Assembly: GCA_020724185.1 (NCBI GenBank) | Contig: DYHL01000001.1 | Location: 8,903-51,032 of the forward strand | Direction of reading: 5' to 3' | Length of the DNA stretch: 42,130 nt | Origin: Candidatus Nitrosymbiomonas sp. | Lineage (GTDB): Bacteria; Sysuimicrobiota; Sysuimicrobiia; Sysuimicrobiales; Humicultoraceae | Shown here: piece after piece, positions 1 through 8,926 of the stretch | Layout of the letters: every line of letters begins with the position of its first letter | How positions within the stretch are numbered: the first letter of the stretch is position 1 | Program-made: the position numbers and the translations under genes | Notes under the pieces: model-generated | The model's input: the letters and a program-made list of their open reading frames with translations, nothing else | The model's database searches: none | Told to the model about the DNA's origin: nothing

Positions 1-665
1 CGGTCATCTCGCAGCTTCGCTTCGCGCCGGACGTGGTCGAGGTGAAGCGCGCGATCACCGACGGCCGGCTGGGACGGCTCCTGCTGGCCGACCTCTCGAT
101 GAAGTACTTCCGGTCGCAGGCGTACTACGACTCCGCGGGCTGGCGCGGCACCTGGGCCATGGACGGCGGTGGAGCGTTGATGAACCAAGGCATCCATGGG
201 GTCGACCTCTTGCTGTGGTTGGTTGGCGCGCCCCGGACGATCTACGGGTACGCGCGCACGCTGGCCCGCCAGATCGAGGTCGAGGACACCGCGGTGGCCG
301 TGGCCGAACTCGAAGGCGGCTGCCTGGCGACCATCACCGGCACCACGTCTGTGACACCGGGCTTCCCGCGGCGCCTGGCGCTCCATGGCGAGCGCGGTTC
401 GATCGTGCTCGAAGAGACGCGCATCGTGAAGTGGGAGATCCAGGGTGAGCCCGAGCGGGTCACCGACGGCGCCGCGACCATCGGCGCCGCGAATGTGCCC
501 ACCGCCCTCGGATCCCAGGAGTTTGCCAGCCAGTACCAGGCGATTGTCGACAGCCTGCACGAGCACCGGCCGCCGCCGGTGGGCGGCGAGGAGGCACGCC
601 TCGCGGTGGCCGCGGTGCTGGCCATTTACGAGTCGTCGCGGTCGGGACAGCCCGTGTCGATGTGA
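1..665 (+). CDS. Gfo/Idh/MocA-family NAD(P)-dependent oxidoreductase, C-terminal part (5' end lies upstream of the window; frame is open from nt 3)
   Basis: The frame of ORF 33..665 stays open back to nt 3 (VISQLRFAPDVVEVKRAI). The C-terminal domain sequence is typical of the family (GRLGRLLLADLSMKY, WRGTWAMDGGGALMNQGIHGVDLLLW). Stop TGA 663-665 overlaps the next gene's start. Confidence 0.8.
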   Translation, partial: VISQLRFAPDVVEVKRAITDGRLGRLLLADLSMKYFRSQAYYDSAGWRGTWAMDGGGALMNQGIHGVDLLLWLVGAPRTIYGYARTLARQIEVEDTAVAVAELEGGCLATITGTTSVTPGFPRRLALHGERGSIVLEETRIVKWEIQGEPERVTDGAATIGAANVPTALGSQEFASQYQAIVDSLHEHRPPPVGGEEARLAVAAVLAIYESSRSGQPVSM

Positions 666-1597
666 TGTTCCATCGCGCAATCATCACCGACGAGGTTTCG
701 CAGGATCCAGCCGACGCAATCGGGCTGGCACGGCGATTCCGTCTCGACGGCATTGAGATCCGGTCGGTCTGGGAAAAGCGGCCGCACGAACTCTCCCGTT
801 CTGAAGTCCGCGCGCTCCGAGGCATGGCCCACACCGCGGAACTGGCGATCTGTGCCGTCGCCACACCGGTCTTCAAGTGCGAGCTGGACGACCATCGGCA
901 GGTGCGCGAGCATCTAGAGACCCTGAAGCGCTGCCTGGACATGTGCGGCGAGATGGAGACAGGCCTCGCGCGGGTCTTCACGTTCTGGAAGCCGGGAGCG
1001 CCCGGAGCGCCAGCACTGCCCGGCGATGCGCTCGCCTGGCGCGAAGTCGCACCTGCCATCGCGGATCATCTTGCGGAGGCCGCGGATATCGCGCTGGACT
1101 TCGGCTGCCGGCTGGGTGTGGAGAACGAGCCCAGCGTGTACGGATCCACCTGTAAGAAGGTCGCAGATCTCCTGGCACGCTTGAAGCATCCGGCGCTCGG
1201 CGCGGTGTGGGATCCGGGAAACGTGCTCTACGATCCCGAGGGCGAACGGCCGTATCCCGACGGGTATGAGGCGGTGCGTCCGTACGTCCTGCACGTCCAC
1301 ATCAAGGACGCCCGCAGGGATCCGGAGACCGGGAGCACTGCCGCCGTGGCGCTCGGCGATGGTGAAATCCCATACCGCGCCATCTTCGGGCGGCTGCGTC
1401 AGGAGCAGTACGTCGGATTCATAGCGCTCGAGACCCACTACCGCGTCACCCGCACGTTGAGTGACGACGCGGCCCGGCTGCCCGCCGGGACGGGCTTCTC
1501 TGAAGGGGGGCTCGAGGCCAGCACTATCTGCCTCGACCGGTGGAACGCAATGCTCGAGACGCTGGACAACGGCGAGCACGCAGGAGAGCGTCCGTAG
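662..1597 (+). CDS. Sugar phosphate isomerase/epimerase (xylose-isomerase-like TIM barrel, AP_endonuc_2 fold)
   Basis: 311-aa ORF with a family-like pattern (LDGIEIRSVW, GVENEPS, HVHIKD, FIALETHY). Start is GTG 662 or ATG 665, both overlapping the upstream TGA (GTGATG). Confidence 0.8.
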   Translation: MMFHRAIITDEVSQDPADAIGLARRFRLDGIEIRSVWEKRPHELSRSEVRALRGMAHTAELAICAVATPVFKCELDDHRQVREHLETLKRCLDMCGEMETGLARVFTFWKPGAPGAPALPGDALAWREVAPAIADHLAEAADIALDFGCRLGVENEPSVYGSTCKKVADLLARLKHPALGAVWDPGNVLYDPEGERPYPDGYEAVRPYVLHVHIKDARRDPETGSTAAVALGDGEIPYRAIFGRLRQEQYVGFIALETHYRVTRTLSDDAARLPAGTGFSEGGLEASTICLDRWNAMLETLDNGEHAGERP

Positions 1598-1598
1598 C

Positions 1599-2813
1599 AT
1601 GTCGGATCTCGCGCTGCTGGGCGGCACCCCCACGCGGTCAAAGCCGTTCCCCACATGGCCGCAGTTCGGCCCCGAAGAAGAGCAAGCCCTTCTGGGAGCG
1701 CTGCGCAGCGGGCACTGGGGCCGCACGACCGGGCGCCTGAACGACGAGTTCGAGCGGCGGTTCGCCGCCTACCAGCAGGCCGCCCACGCCGTTACCTGCG
1801 TGAACGGCACCGTTGCGCTGGAGCTGGCGCTGCGCGCCGCTGGCGTCGCTGCCGGGGACGAGGTGATCGTTCCCGCCTACACGTTCATCGCTACGGCCAG
1901 CGCGGTGTTGCACCTGGGCGCGGTTCCGGTCTTCGTGGACATTGACGCGCACACGTACAACATCTCGGTGCAGGCCGCCGCGGGCGCGGTCTCACCTCGG
2001 ACGCGAGCAATCGTGCCGGTTCACCTCGCCGGTGCCCCGGCGGACATGGACGGCATCACCTCGCTGGCCGGGACACGGGGAATCGCCATCATTGAGGACG
2101 CGGCTCAGGCCCACGGGGCCGAGTGGCGAGGAGGACGGGTCGGGGCGATCGGCGATCTCGGGACCTTCAGCTTCCAGTCCACCAAGATCCTCACCGCCGG
2201 AGAGGGCGGCGCCGTCGTCACCAACGACGGGGCCCTGGCAGAGATGGTGTGGTCCCTGCAAAACGTAGGGCGCATTCCGGGCGGGGAGTGGTACGAACAC
2301 CATCGCCTGGGGTGGAACCTCCGGATGACCGAGTTTCAGGCGGCCATTTTGCTCGCACAGATGGACCGCCTCGACGACCAGATTACCCTGCGCGCCGAGA
2401 ACGCCGCCCGCCTCGATGCACTGCTGCGAGAGGTTGAGGGCATCGAGCCGCTCGCCGTCCCCCCGCAGGTCACCCGGCACGCGCGCTACCTGTACGTCTT
2501 CAAGCACAGGGCCGAGGCGTTCGGAGGTCTACCAAAGTCGCGATTCATAGAGGCGCTCGTCGCCGAAGGGATTCCCGCCATGGCGGGATACCCTCCTCTG
2601 CACACGATGCCGGCGATCCGGCGGGCGTTCGAGGCCAGGGGCTTGCCCCTGCGCACGGTCCCCGAAGGCGACGGGCTGCCGCACACCGAGTGGGCCTGGG
2701 CCCACGAAGGGGTCTGGCTGCCCCAGTACGTTCTCCTGGGCACGCACGAGGATGTTGCCGACATCCAGCGGGCCGTTGTAGAGATCGCCCGCCACCACAG
2801 GGAACTCTTGTAG
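1599..2813 (+). CDS. DegT/DnrJ/EryC1/StrS-family PLP-dependent aminotransferase
   Basis: I chose the internal ATG 1599, 1 nt after the upstream TAG, rather than ORF start 1461, which overlaps the previous gene. N-terminus MSDLALLGGTP, motif GDEVIVPAYTFIAT, and PLP-lysine context FSFQSTKILTAGEGG. Confidence 0.85.
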   Translation: MSDLALLGGTPTRSKPFPTWPQFGPEEEQALLGALRSGHWGRTTGRLNDEFERRFAAYQQAAHAVTCVNGTVALELALRAAGVAAGDEVIVPAYTFIATASAVLHLGAVPVFVDIDAHTYNISVQAAAGAVSPRTRAIVPVHLAGAPADMDGITSLAGTRGIAIIEDAAQAHGAEWRGGRVGAIGDLGTFSFQSTKILTAGEGGAVVTNDGALAEMVWSLQNVGRIPGGEWYEHHRLGWNLRMTEFQAAILLAQMDRLDDQITLRAENAARLDALLREVEGIEPLAVPPQVTRHARYLYVFKHRAEAFGGLPKSRFIEALVAEGIPAMAGYPPLHTMPAIRRAFEARGLPLRTVPEGDGLPHTEWAWAHEGVWLPQYVLLGTHEDVADIQRAVVEIARHHRELL

Positions 2814-2826
2814 GAGATCCTGCCCC

Positions 2827-4170
2827 ATGCGCGTGGGTTGTGCACGCACCCTCATCACCCCTCCACCCGGCGCTTCCCTGGCTGGCTTCGGAGCCCGGCA
2901 AGAGCGTGCCCAGGGTGTCCACGACGACCTCTACGCGCGGGCGCTCGTCCTGGAGGACTCCGGGCAGCGCATCGCCCTTGCGGTCTGCGATCTCTGCGAC
3001 CTCGACGCCGGGTTCGTAGAAGAGGCCCGGCGGCGCATCCAGGAGAGGGCCGGGATTCGCGCGGCATCGGCCATGCTTGCGGCCACGCACACCCACGCCG
3101 CGCCCGCGACATTCGCACTCTACAGCCTTCCGCCCGACCCGGGGTGGCTCGATGATCTGGCCGACAGGGTGGCCGATGCAGTGGCGTCCGCAGCGCGGGA
3201 CCTGGCGCCGGCGACGCTCGCCCTGGGGTTGGGCCGGGAGGACTCGGTCGCACGGAACCGGAGGCGCCCCGACGGTTCGGTTGACCCCACGGTGACCGTG
3301 CTGCGGGCCGAGCGGACCGGCGCGCCACCGGCATTCCTCCTCCACTACGCCTGTCACCCCACGGTGCTGGGACCTGACAATCTGATGGTCTCCCGTGACT
3401 ACGTAGGGTTCACCGTTGACGCGGTGGAGCGCGCCACCGGCGGCTGGACCATGTTCGCCAACGGCGCGAGCGGTGATATCAACGTGGGACACTCAGCCGA
3501 CCGGTCGGCGCTCGGGTTGCCCATCCCAGGCCGGACGTTCGAGCGCGCGGAGGAGCTGGGCCTGCGGCTGGCGCGCGAGGCGCACCGCGCGCACGCGCAG
3601 GCGCGGCCGATGGAAGCCGGCCTGCTTGCAGCAGGCCGGCGGCATGTCCGCCGGCATGTGGCGGTGCCGCTGCGACCCGGCCCCTCTCTTGAGGAGGCCC
3701 GCGCGGAGGTGAAGACCTGCCGCCGCCATCTGGAGGTGCTGGAGGCCGGCGGCGCCGACGAGGAGGCCGCAACCGCCGCCCGTCTGGAGCTGCTCTATGC
3801 GGGGTTGGGTCTGGAGTGGGCCGAGCAGCGCGCAGGGGCTGCAGGCGTGGGGGCCGCGGGCGCAGGGGCGGAAGGGGAGACCGCCGAGGTGCAGGCGTTC
3901 GTCATGGGCGACGTTGCTCTCGTTGGGCTTCCAGGGGAGTTCTTCGTGGAATCAGGCCTGCGCCTCCGAGATCGGTCGCCGTTCAAGCACACGGTCGTCA
4001 TCGGACACGCGAACGGCGGCATCGGCTACGTCCCTCCTGCCTCGGCCTTTGCCGAGGGCGGCTACGAGACCCGCCTGGCGCCGTGGAGCAGGGTGGCGCC
4101 GGAGACCGAGGGCCTGATCCATGCCGCCGCCGCGCGCCTGCTCGACTCTCTCTACGCGAGCACGCGCTAG
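2827..4170 (+). CDS. Neutral/alkaline ceramidase-like domain protein (amidohydrolase-type, function unknown), no signal peptide
   Basis: 447-aa ORF. The N-terminus RVGCARTLITPPPGASLAGFG..GVHDDLYARALVLED and the HTHAAP and YACHPTVLG motifs resemble the bacterial ceramidase_alk-like family. No hydrophobic leader. Confidence 0.6.
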   Translation: MRVGCARTLITPPPGASLAGFGARQERAQGVHDDLYARALVLEDSGQRIALAVCDLCDLDAGFVEEARRRIQERAGIRAASAMLAATHTHAAPATFALYSLPPDPGWLDDLADRVADAVASAARDLAPATLALGLGREDSVARNRRRPDGSVDPTVTVLRAERTGAPPAFLLHYACHPTVLGPDNLMVSRDYVGFTVDAVERATGGWTMFANGASGDINVGHSADRSALGLPIPGRTFERAEELGLRLAREAHRAHAQARPMEAGLLAAGRRHVRRHVAVPLRPGPSLEEARAEVKTCRRHLEVLEAGGADEEAATAARLELLYAGLGLEWAEQRAGAAGVGAAGAGAEGETAEVQAFVMGDVALVGLPGEFFVESGLRLRDRSPFKHTVVIGHANGGIGYVPPASAFAEGGYETRLAPWSRVAPETEGLIHAAAARLLDSLYASTR

Positions 4171-4234
4171 GGGCCCGCGCGGCGGCAGGATGGGCGTCCC
4201 GGCTGAGGAACCCCTAGACCAGGAGGGCGTGATC

Positions 4235-5233
4235 ATGAAGATAAACCGGCTGTCCATGGCTTGGCTTTGCGTGTGCGTGGCCCTCGCCGTCTTGGCGGCG
4301 ACGGTCCCGGCCACCGTGGCTCAGGAGCCCCGGGTGGTCGTCTACTCATCGGCAGGCGCGGAGATCGGCGAAGAACTCGCTGCCGCGTTCATGAAGCGCA
4401 ACCCCGGAATCAAGGTCGAGTCCATCTACGCCGGCACCGGCGTAGTCTGGACGCGTGCGCGGGCTGAGGCATCCCGGCCGCAGGGCGATGTCTGCATGTG
4501 CGGCGGCAGCGAGAACTTCGACATAAACTACGACCTGCTCGAGACGTACCGGAGCAAACTCGATGCCGACATCCCCGCGGAGTACAAGGATCCCCGGGGG
4601 CCGCGCTACTATGGGATGAGCCTGCCCATACAGGTCATCATCGTCAACAGCAAGCTGGTCCAGCGCCGCGACTACCCGCGGGGCTGGAGGGACCTGGCCG
4701 ATCCCAAGTGGAAGGGCAAGATCATCTGGGCCAACCCGCGGATCTCCGCCTCGGCCTACGCGCAGCTCTTCCAGTTGATCAAGATAGGCGGCTGGGACCT
4801 GGTAAAGGCAGTGCTCGCCAACGCGGTCATCACCCCCTCGTCCGGCCTGGCCTACCAGGGCGTCGCCGACGGCGAGTTTCTCCTCGGCATGACCGGCGAG
4901 GGCAACGTCTACGACCTGAGGAAGAAGGGTTACCCGGTGGACGTGATCTACCCTGCAGAGGGCACCGGGTTGCGCTTTGACGCGACCGGGTTGATCAAGG
5001 GATGCCCGAACCCCGGCTCGGCGCGCCTCTTCTACGACTTCGCCAACAGCCGCGATGCGCATCTCATCTACGTGCGGGTCGGCAGCCGCCGCAGCGTGCG
5101 GCCCGACGTGCCGACGCCGCAGGGCATGCCCCCGACCTCGAGCATCAACCTGGTCCCGTACGACGCGGTAAAGGCCGGGAAGGACCGGGGGATCAACCTC
5201 ATCATCTTCGACGAGATGATGGCCAAACGGTGA
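4235..5233 (+). CDS. ABC transporter periplasmic/extracellular substrate-binding protein (Fe3+/thiamine/sugar-phosphate AfuA-FbpA-type SBP)
   Basis: ATG 4235 is preceded by AGGAGGG at 4221-4227. Signal-peptide-like N-terminus MKINRLSMAWLCVCVALAVLAATVPATVAQ, then the VVVYSS..GTG pattern of this SBP class. Confidence 0.8.
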   Translation: MKINRLSMAWLCVCVALAVLAATVPATVAQEPRVVVYSSAGAEIGEELAAAFMKRNPGIKVESIYAGTGVVWTRARAEASRPQGDVCMCGGSENFDINYDLLETYRSKLDADIPAEYKDPRGPRYYGMSLPIQVIIVNSKLVQRRDYPRGWRDLADPKWKGKIIWANPRISASAYAQLFQLIKIGGWDLVKAVLANAVITPSSGLAYQGVADGEFLLGMTGEGNVYDLRKKGYPVDVIYPAEGTGLRFDATGLIKGCPNPGSARLFYDFANSRDAHLIYVRVGSRRSVRPDVPTPQGMPPTSSINLVPYDAVKAGKDRGINLIIFDEMMAKR

Positions 5234-6333
5234 AGGCGCCGTCCGCCAAGCTGGGCGTGGAGGGGGTTCGCAAGGTCTTCGGCGACGGCCCGTCTAAGGT
5301 GGTTGCCGCCGACGACGTCGGGTTCGACGTACGCGACGGCGAGCTGTTCACGCTCCTGGGACCCAGCGGCTGCGGCAAGACCACGACGCTGAGGCTGGTG
5401 GCCGGCCTGGAGCGTCCGGATGCTGGCCGGGTCGTCTTCGAGGGGGCCGACTGGACGCCGCTGCCGCCCTTCCAACGCAGTATCGGCATGGTGTTCCAGA
5501 GCTACGCGCTCTTCCCTCACATGAGCGTCTTCGAGAACGTGGCCTACGGGCTGCGGGTGCGGCGGCTCTCCCGCGCCGAGGTCGGCCAGCGCGTGAACGA
5601 GGCCCTCGAACTCGTGGGGCTGGCCGGGACCCGGGCCCGCAGGCCCGGGCAGCTCTCGGGTGGGCAGCAGCAGCGGGTCGCGCTCGCCCGGGCGCTGGTC
5701 TACCACCCCAAGCTGCTCCTGCTGGACGAGCCGCTCTCCAACCTGGACGCCAAGCTCCGCGTCTACATGCGCGGGGAGGTCAAGCGCATTCAGCGGCAGG
5801 CCGGAATCTGCGCGGTCTATGTCACGCACGATCAGGAGGAAGCGCTGTCCATCTCCGACCGCATCGCCGTTATGCAGGCCGGGCGCATCGCGCAGGTGGG
5901 CACGCCCGCGGAGATCTACGAGCAGCCCGCCTCCACCTTCGTCGCCGACTTCGTGGGCAAGGCCAACTTCCTGGAGTGCACGGTGCTGGAGCGCGACGGC
6001 GAGGCCTGCGTCATCCGTTGCCATGGCGCACGCCTCCGCGCCAGGGCGGCAACAGGCAGCCCGCCCATGCCAGCGGGGACAGAAGGACTGCTCTTCTTCC
6101 GCCCCGAGCGCGCGGTGATCTCGGCCGTCCAGGAGGGCGCCTCCGGCCTGCTGGCGCGCGTTGGGGACATCGAGTACCTGGGAAGCCTGGTCCGCTACAC
6201 CCTGGACGGTGCAGGGGGCTGGACGGTGCTGGTGGACGCACCGCCCATAGGCGGCATCCGGCAGGCGGGAGAGGAAGTCTTGATCACCCTGGCCCCGGAC
6301 CAGACCCAGGTTTTTCCGAAGGGCTCGCGCTGA
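5230..6333 (+). CDS. ABC transporter ATP-binding protein (PotA/FbpC/MalK-like with C-terminal TOBE-like domain)
   Basis: GTG 5230 overlaps the upstream stop (GTGA). Walker A GPSGCGKTT, signature LSGGQQQRVALARAL, Walker B LLLLDEP. Confidence 0.9.
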   Translation: MKAPSAKLGVEGVRKVFGDGPSKVVAADDVGFDVRDGELFTLLGPSGCGKTTTLRLVAGLERPDAGRVVFEGADWTPLPPFQRSIGMVFQSYALFPHMSVFENVAYGLRVRRLSRAEVGQRVNEALELVGLAGTRARRPGQLSGGQQQRVALARALVYHPKLLLLDEPLSNLDAKLRVYMRGEVKRIQRQAGICAVYVTHDQEEALSISDRIAVMQAGRIAQVGTPAEIYEQPASTFVADFVGKANFLECTVLERDGEACVIRCHGARLRARAATGSPPMPAGTEGLLFFRPERAVISAVQEGASGLLARVGDIEYLGSLVRYTLDGAGGWTVLVDAPPIGGIRQAGEEVLITLAPDQTQVFPKGSR

Positions 6334-8030
6334 TGGCGACGCTTGCGGCTCCGAGGGTGCGGCCCCGCCGCGCCTTTGACCTCAGCACCACGGCGGTCCT
6401 CCTGCTGGTGGCGGGCATCCTGGGATTGCTGATCGTCTACCCGCTGTCGCGCGTGTTGCTGCTCAGCTTCATCAAGCCGGGCGACCCGGTCTCGCCGGCC
6501 CATCTCACGCTGGCCAACTTCTCACGGTTCTTCACAAGCGGCCTCTACCAGAAGGCCCTTGTGAACTCGCTGGTGGCCAGCGGCTTGACCGTGCTGGTGA
6601 GCCTTGTGCTGGGCATTCCACTCGCCTACATTCTGGCCCGCGTCAGGGTTCCGTTCCGGGAGGCGCTCATCTCGCTGGCTACGCTGCCGCTGATCCTCCC
6701 GCCCTTTGTGGGCGCCTACTCGTGGATCCTGCTCCTGGGCCGGCAGGGCGCGCTGACCTCCGTGATCCGGGAGGGCCTCGGGATCCATCTGCCGAGCATC
6801 ATTGGGCCCTTCGGGGTGATCGTGACGATGTCGCTCTCCTACTACCCGTTCGTCCTGCTGCCGCTGCTTGGAGCCCTCTCCTCCGCGGACCCGCACGTGG
6901 AGGAGAGCGCGCTGACGATGGGCGCCTCCCCGTTGCGGCGGATCTTGACCGTCACGCTGCCGCTGGTACTGCCGACTATCGGCGCCGGCGCAATCATAGT
7001 GTTCATGCGGGCGATCGGGAACTTCGGGGTCCCGGCGCTGCTGGGCGGAGAGTTCTATGTCCTGCCCACCCTGGTCTACTTCGAGGTCGTCGGTAGCTTC
7101 AACTTGCACGGCGCCGGCGCAATCGCGCTGGTGAGCACCCTGTTTTCTATCGGCTCGCTGCTGGCGCTGCGCTACGTCACCGGAAAGGGCGGGTTCGTCA
7201 CGATCACCTCCCAGGCACGCCAGGTGGCGCAGAGCAGCCAGCCGGCAGCCCGATGGCTGGGCTTTGGGTTCGCCGCCGCCGTGATCGGCATCTCGCTCCT
7301 GCCGCATCTCACCGTGCTGCTGGCGTCGTTCGCCGAACGGTGGGCGGGAACACCCCTGCCCACCGCCTACTCGTTGATCAACTACCACAAGGCGTTCACG
7401 CTCTCGACGGATGCGATACGCAACAGCCTGGTGCTGGCCGTCGGGACGACCGTGGTCTGCGTCGTCGTCGGGTCGCTGATGGCCCACACGGCGGCGCGCA
7501 AGCGGATCCCGGGCAGGTGGCTGATGGATGTCACGATCATGCTGCCGTTCGTGCTCCCGGGCATCATGGTAGGCGTGGCGATCCTCGTGGCGTTCATCGT
7601 TCCCCCCTTCGAGCTCGCGGGCACCGGCACGATCCTCCTGATCGCCTACTTCATCCGGCGCCTGCCGTACACGTTCCGGTCTGCCTACGCCTCGCTCACC
7701 CAGACCGACATCGCGCTCGAAGAGGCATCGCTGACCTGCGGCGCCAACCAGAGCACCACCTTCCGCCGGGTCACGCTCCCGTTGATCACGCCCGCCGTCG
7801 CCGCCGGGGCCACGATCACCTTCGCCACGCTGCTCGGGGAACTGACCACCACACTCCTGCTGTACTCGGCCCGGTGGAAGACGATCTCGGTCAAGATATT
7901 CGAGTTCGTAAGCTACGACCAAACAGGGCCGGCCTCGGCGCTGGGCGCCCTGCTGGTCCTCGCCGTCCTGGTGACCGTCTACGCCGCCAACCGCCTCTCG
8001 GGCAGGAACCTGACCTCGGCGCTGGGATAG
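6333..8030 (+). CDS. ABC transporter permease, duplicated (two-domain) FbpB/AfuB/ThiP-type
   Basis: ATG 6333 shares its A with the upstream TGA. The 565-aa hydrophobic protein has two repeated permease halves. Confidence 0.85.
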   Translation: MATLAAPRVRPRRAFDLSTTAVLLLVAGILGLLIVYPLSRVLLLSFIKPGDPVSPAHLTLANFSRFFTSGLYQKALVNSLVASGLTVLVSLVLGIPLAYILARVRVPFREALISLATLPLILPPFVGAYSWILLLGRQGALTSVIREGLGIHLPSIIGPFGVIVTMSLSYYPFVLLPLLGALSSADPHVEESALTMGASPLRRILTVTLPLVLPTIGAGAIIVFMRAIGNFGVPALLGGEFYVLPTLVYFEVVGSFNLHGAGAIALVSTLFSIGSLLALRYVTGKGGFVTITSQARQVAQSSQPAARWLGFGFAAAVIGISLLPHLTVLLASFAERWAGTPLPTAYSLINYHKAFTLSTDAIRNSLVLAVGTTVVCVVVGSLMAHTAARKRIPGRWLMDVTIMLPFVLPGIMVGVAILVAFIVPPFELAGTGTILLIAYFIRRLPYTFRSAYASLTQTDIALEEASLTCGANQSTTFRRVTLPLITPAVAAGATITFATLLGELTTTLLLYSARWKTISVKIFEFVSYDQTGPASALGALLVLAVLVTVYAANRLSGRNLTSALG

Positions 8031-8041
8031 GGTAGGCGTCC

Positions 8042-8818
8042 ATGAAGGTGGAGTTCTTCCTTTCCTCATCCGCGTTCCGGCAGGCGCCAGGAGAGGTCGC
8101 GTCGTATGCCCGCGCGCACGACTACGCCGGCGTCGAGTGGTATCTCGACCTGCTGCGGTTGCCGGTCGCGCCGTCCGCCAGGACGAGGCTGTTTGACAGG
8201 ATTCGGGGGGACGGCCTCGGGGCGCGCTTCCACGCGCCGGCCGCCGACGTGGAGTTGGGGCACCGCGACCCGGAGGTCGCGGGGGCGTCGCTGCGCTACC
8301 TGCTGATGTACCTGGGCTTCCTCGCCGAGGTGGCGCCGACGATCCTGACCGTCCACGTGGGCTCGCGTGCGATCCCGATGGACTTGCTGGTGTGGGAGCG
8401 CACGCTGGAGCACCTGCGCCAGGCCGCCGAGGCCGGAGGAGAGCGCGGGGTGACGGTCTGCCTGGAGAACCTCAAGGCCGGGTGGACCAGCGATCCCCAC
8501 CGCCTGCTGGCCATGGCCGAGGCCGCCGGGTGCGCGATCACGTTTGACCTGGGGCATGCGAGCGCCAGCCCGTTTGTCCGCGAGGGCGGCGCGCTGGAGG
8601 CCTTCTGCGCGGTGGTCGGGCCGCGGGTGGCCAACGTGCACGTGTACGAGATCGAGACGCCCGACGGCCGGCACCTCCCCCTGGAGGAAGCGGCACGACA
8701 CGGGCCCACCCTCGACGCGCTGCTGGCCGCAGGGCATAGCACCTGGGTGCTGGAGCTATCGACCCCCGAGGATCTGGAGCAGACCCGCCAGGCCCTGCGC
8801 GCCTACGAGCAGGGGTAG
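8042..8818 (+). CDS. Sugar phosphate isomerase/epimerase (second xylose-isomerase-like TIM barrel)
   Basis: 258-aa ORF starting 11 nt after the permease stop, with a family-like pattern (VEWYLD, LTVHVG, VCLENL, FDLGHA, NVHVYE). Confidence 0.7.
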   Translation: MKVEFFLSSSAFRQAPGEVASYARAHDYAGVEWYLDLLRLPVAPSARTRLFDRIRGDGLGARFHAPAADVELGHRDPEVAGASLRYLLMYLGFLAEVAPTILTVHVGSRAIPMDLLVWERTLEHLRQAAEAGGERGVTVCLENLKAGWTSDPHRLLAMAEAAGCAITFDLGHASASPFVREGGALEAFCAVVGPRVANVHVYEIETPDGRHLPLEEAARHGPTLDALLAAGHSTWVLELSTPEDLEQTRQALRAYEQG

Positions 8819-8834
8819 GCGCCGCAGGACTCCA

Positions 8835-8858
8835 GCCGGCAGGACCTCCCTGACCGGC
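8835..8858 (+). terminator. GC-rich hairpin after the first operon (possible terminator, no U-tract)
   Basis: GCCGGCAGG (8835-8843) pairs with CCTG(A)CCGGC (8849-8858), with a one-base bulge and a 5-nt loop. It starts 17 nt after the TAG at 8816-8818. Confidence 0.25.
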
Positions 8859-8926
8859 GGAGAACCTAACCCTCCACACCGGAGCCATCGTTGCAGACCC
8901 TGTAGCACACCCTCCCGGAGCGCCTT

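Noticed and set aside
1461-1598. N-terminal extensions of track ORFs that overlap the preceding gene (starts at 1461, 4121, 5002, 5976, 9421, 13427, 22394, 37628 and 39586).
   Set aside because: In each case an internal ATG or GTG sits right at or after the upstream stop, often with a GGAGG-like site or an ATGA/GTGA overlap. The conserved N-terminus of the family begins there, and the extension encodes Arg/Pro-rich filler.
3801-3877. A cluster of G-runs (GGGG/GGGGG) on the coding strand inside the ceramidase-like gene, which is formally G-quadruplex-capable.
   Set aside because: It coincides with codons for an Ala/Gly-rich linker. Such runs are expected by chance at this base composition, and nothing else suggests a structural role.
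6522-8069. Very long antisense or alternative-frame ORFs: 6522..8069(-) 515 aa, 13340..15382(+) 680 aa, 25786..28179(-) 797 aa, 11671..12921(-), 29876..31075(-), 31400..32809(-), 9949..10926(-) and others.
   Set aside because: They mirror strongly supported genes on the other strand or in another frame. Their products are Arg/Pro/Gly/Ala-rich low-complexity sequences with no recognisable motifs. Long stop-free antisense frames are expected in DNA this GC-rich.
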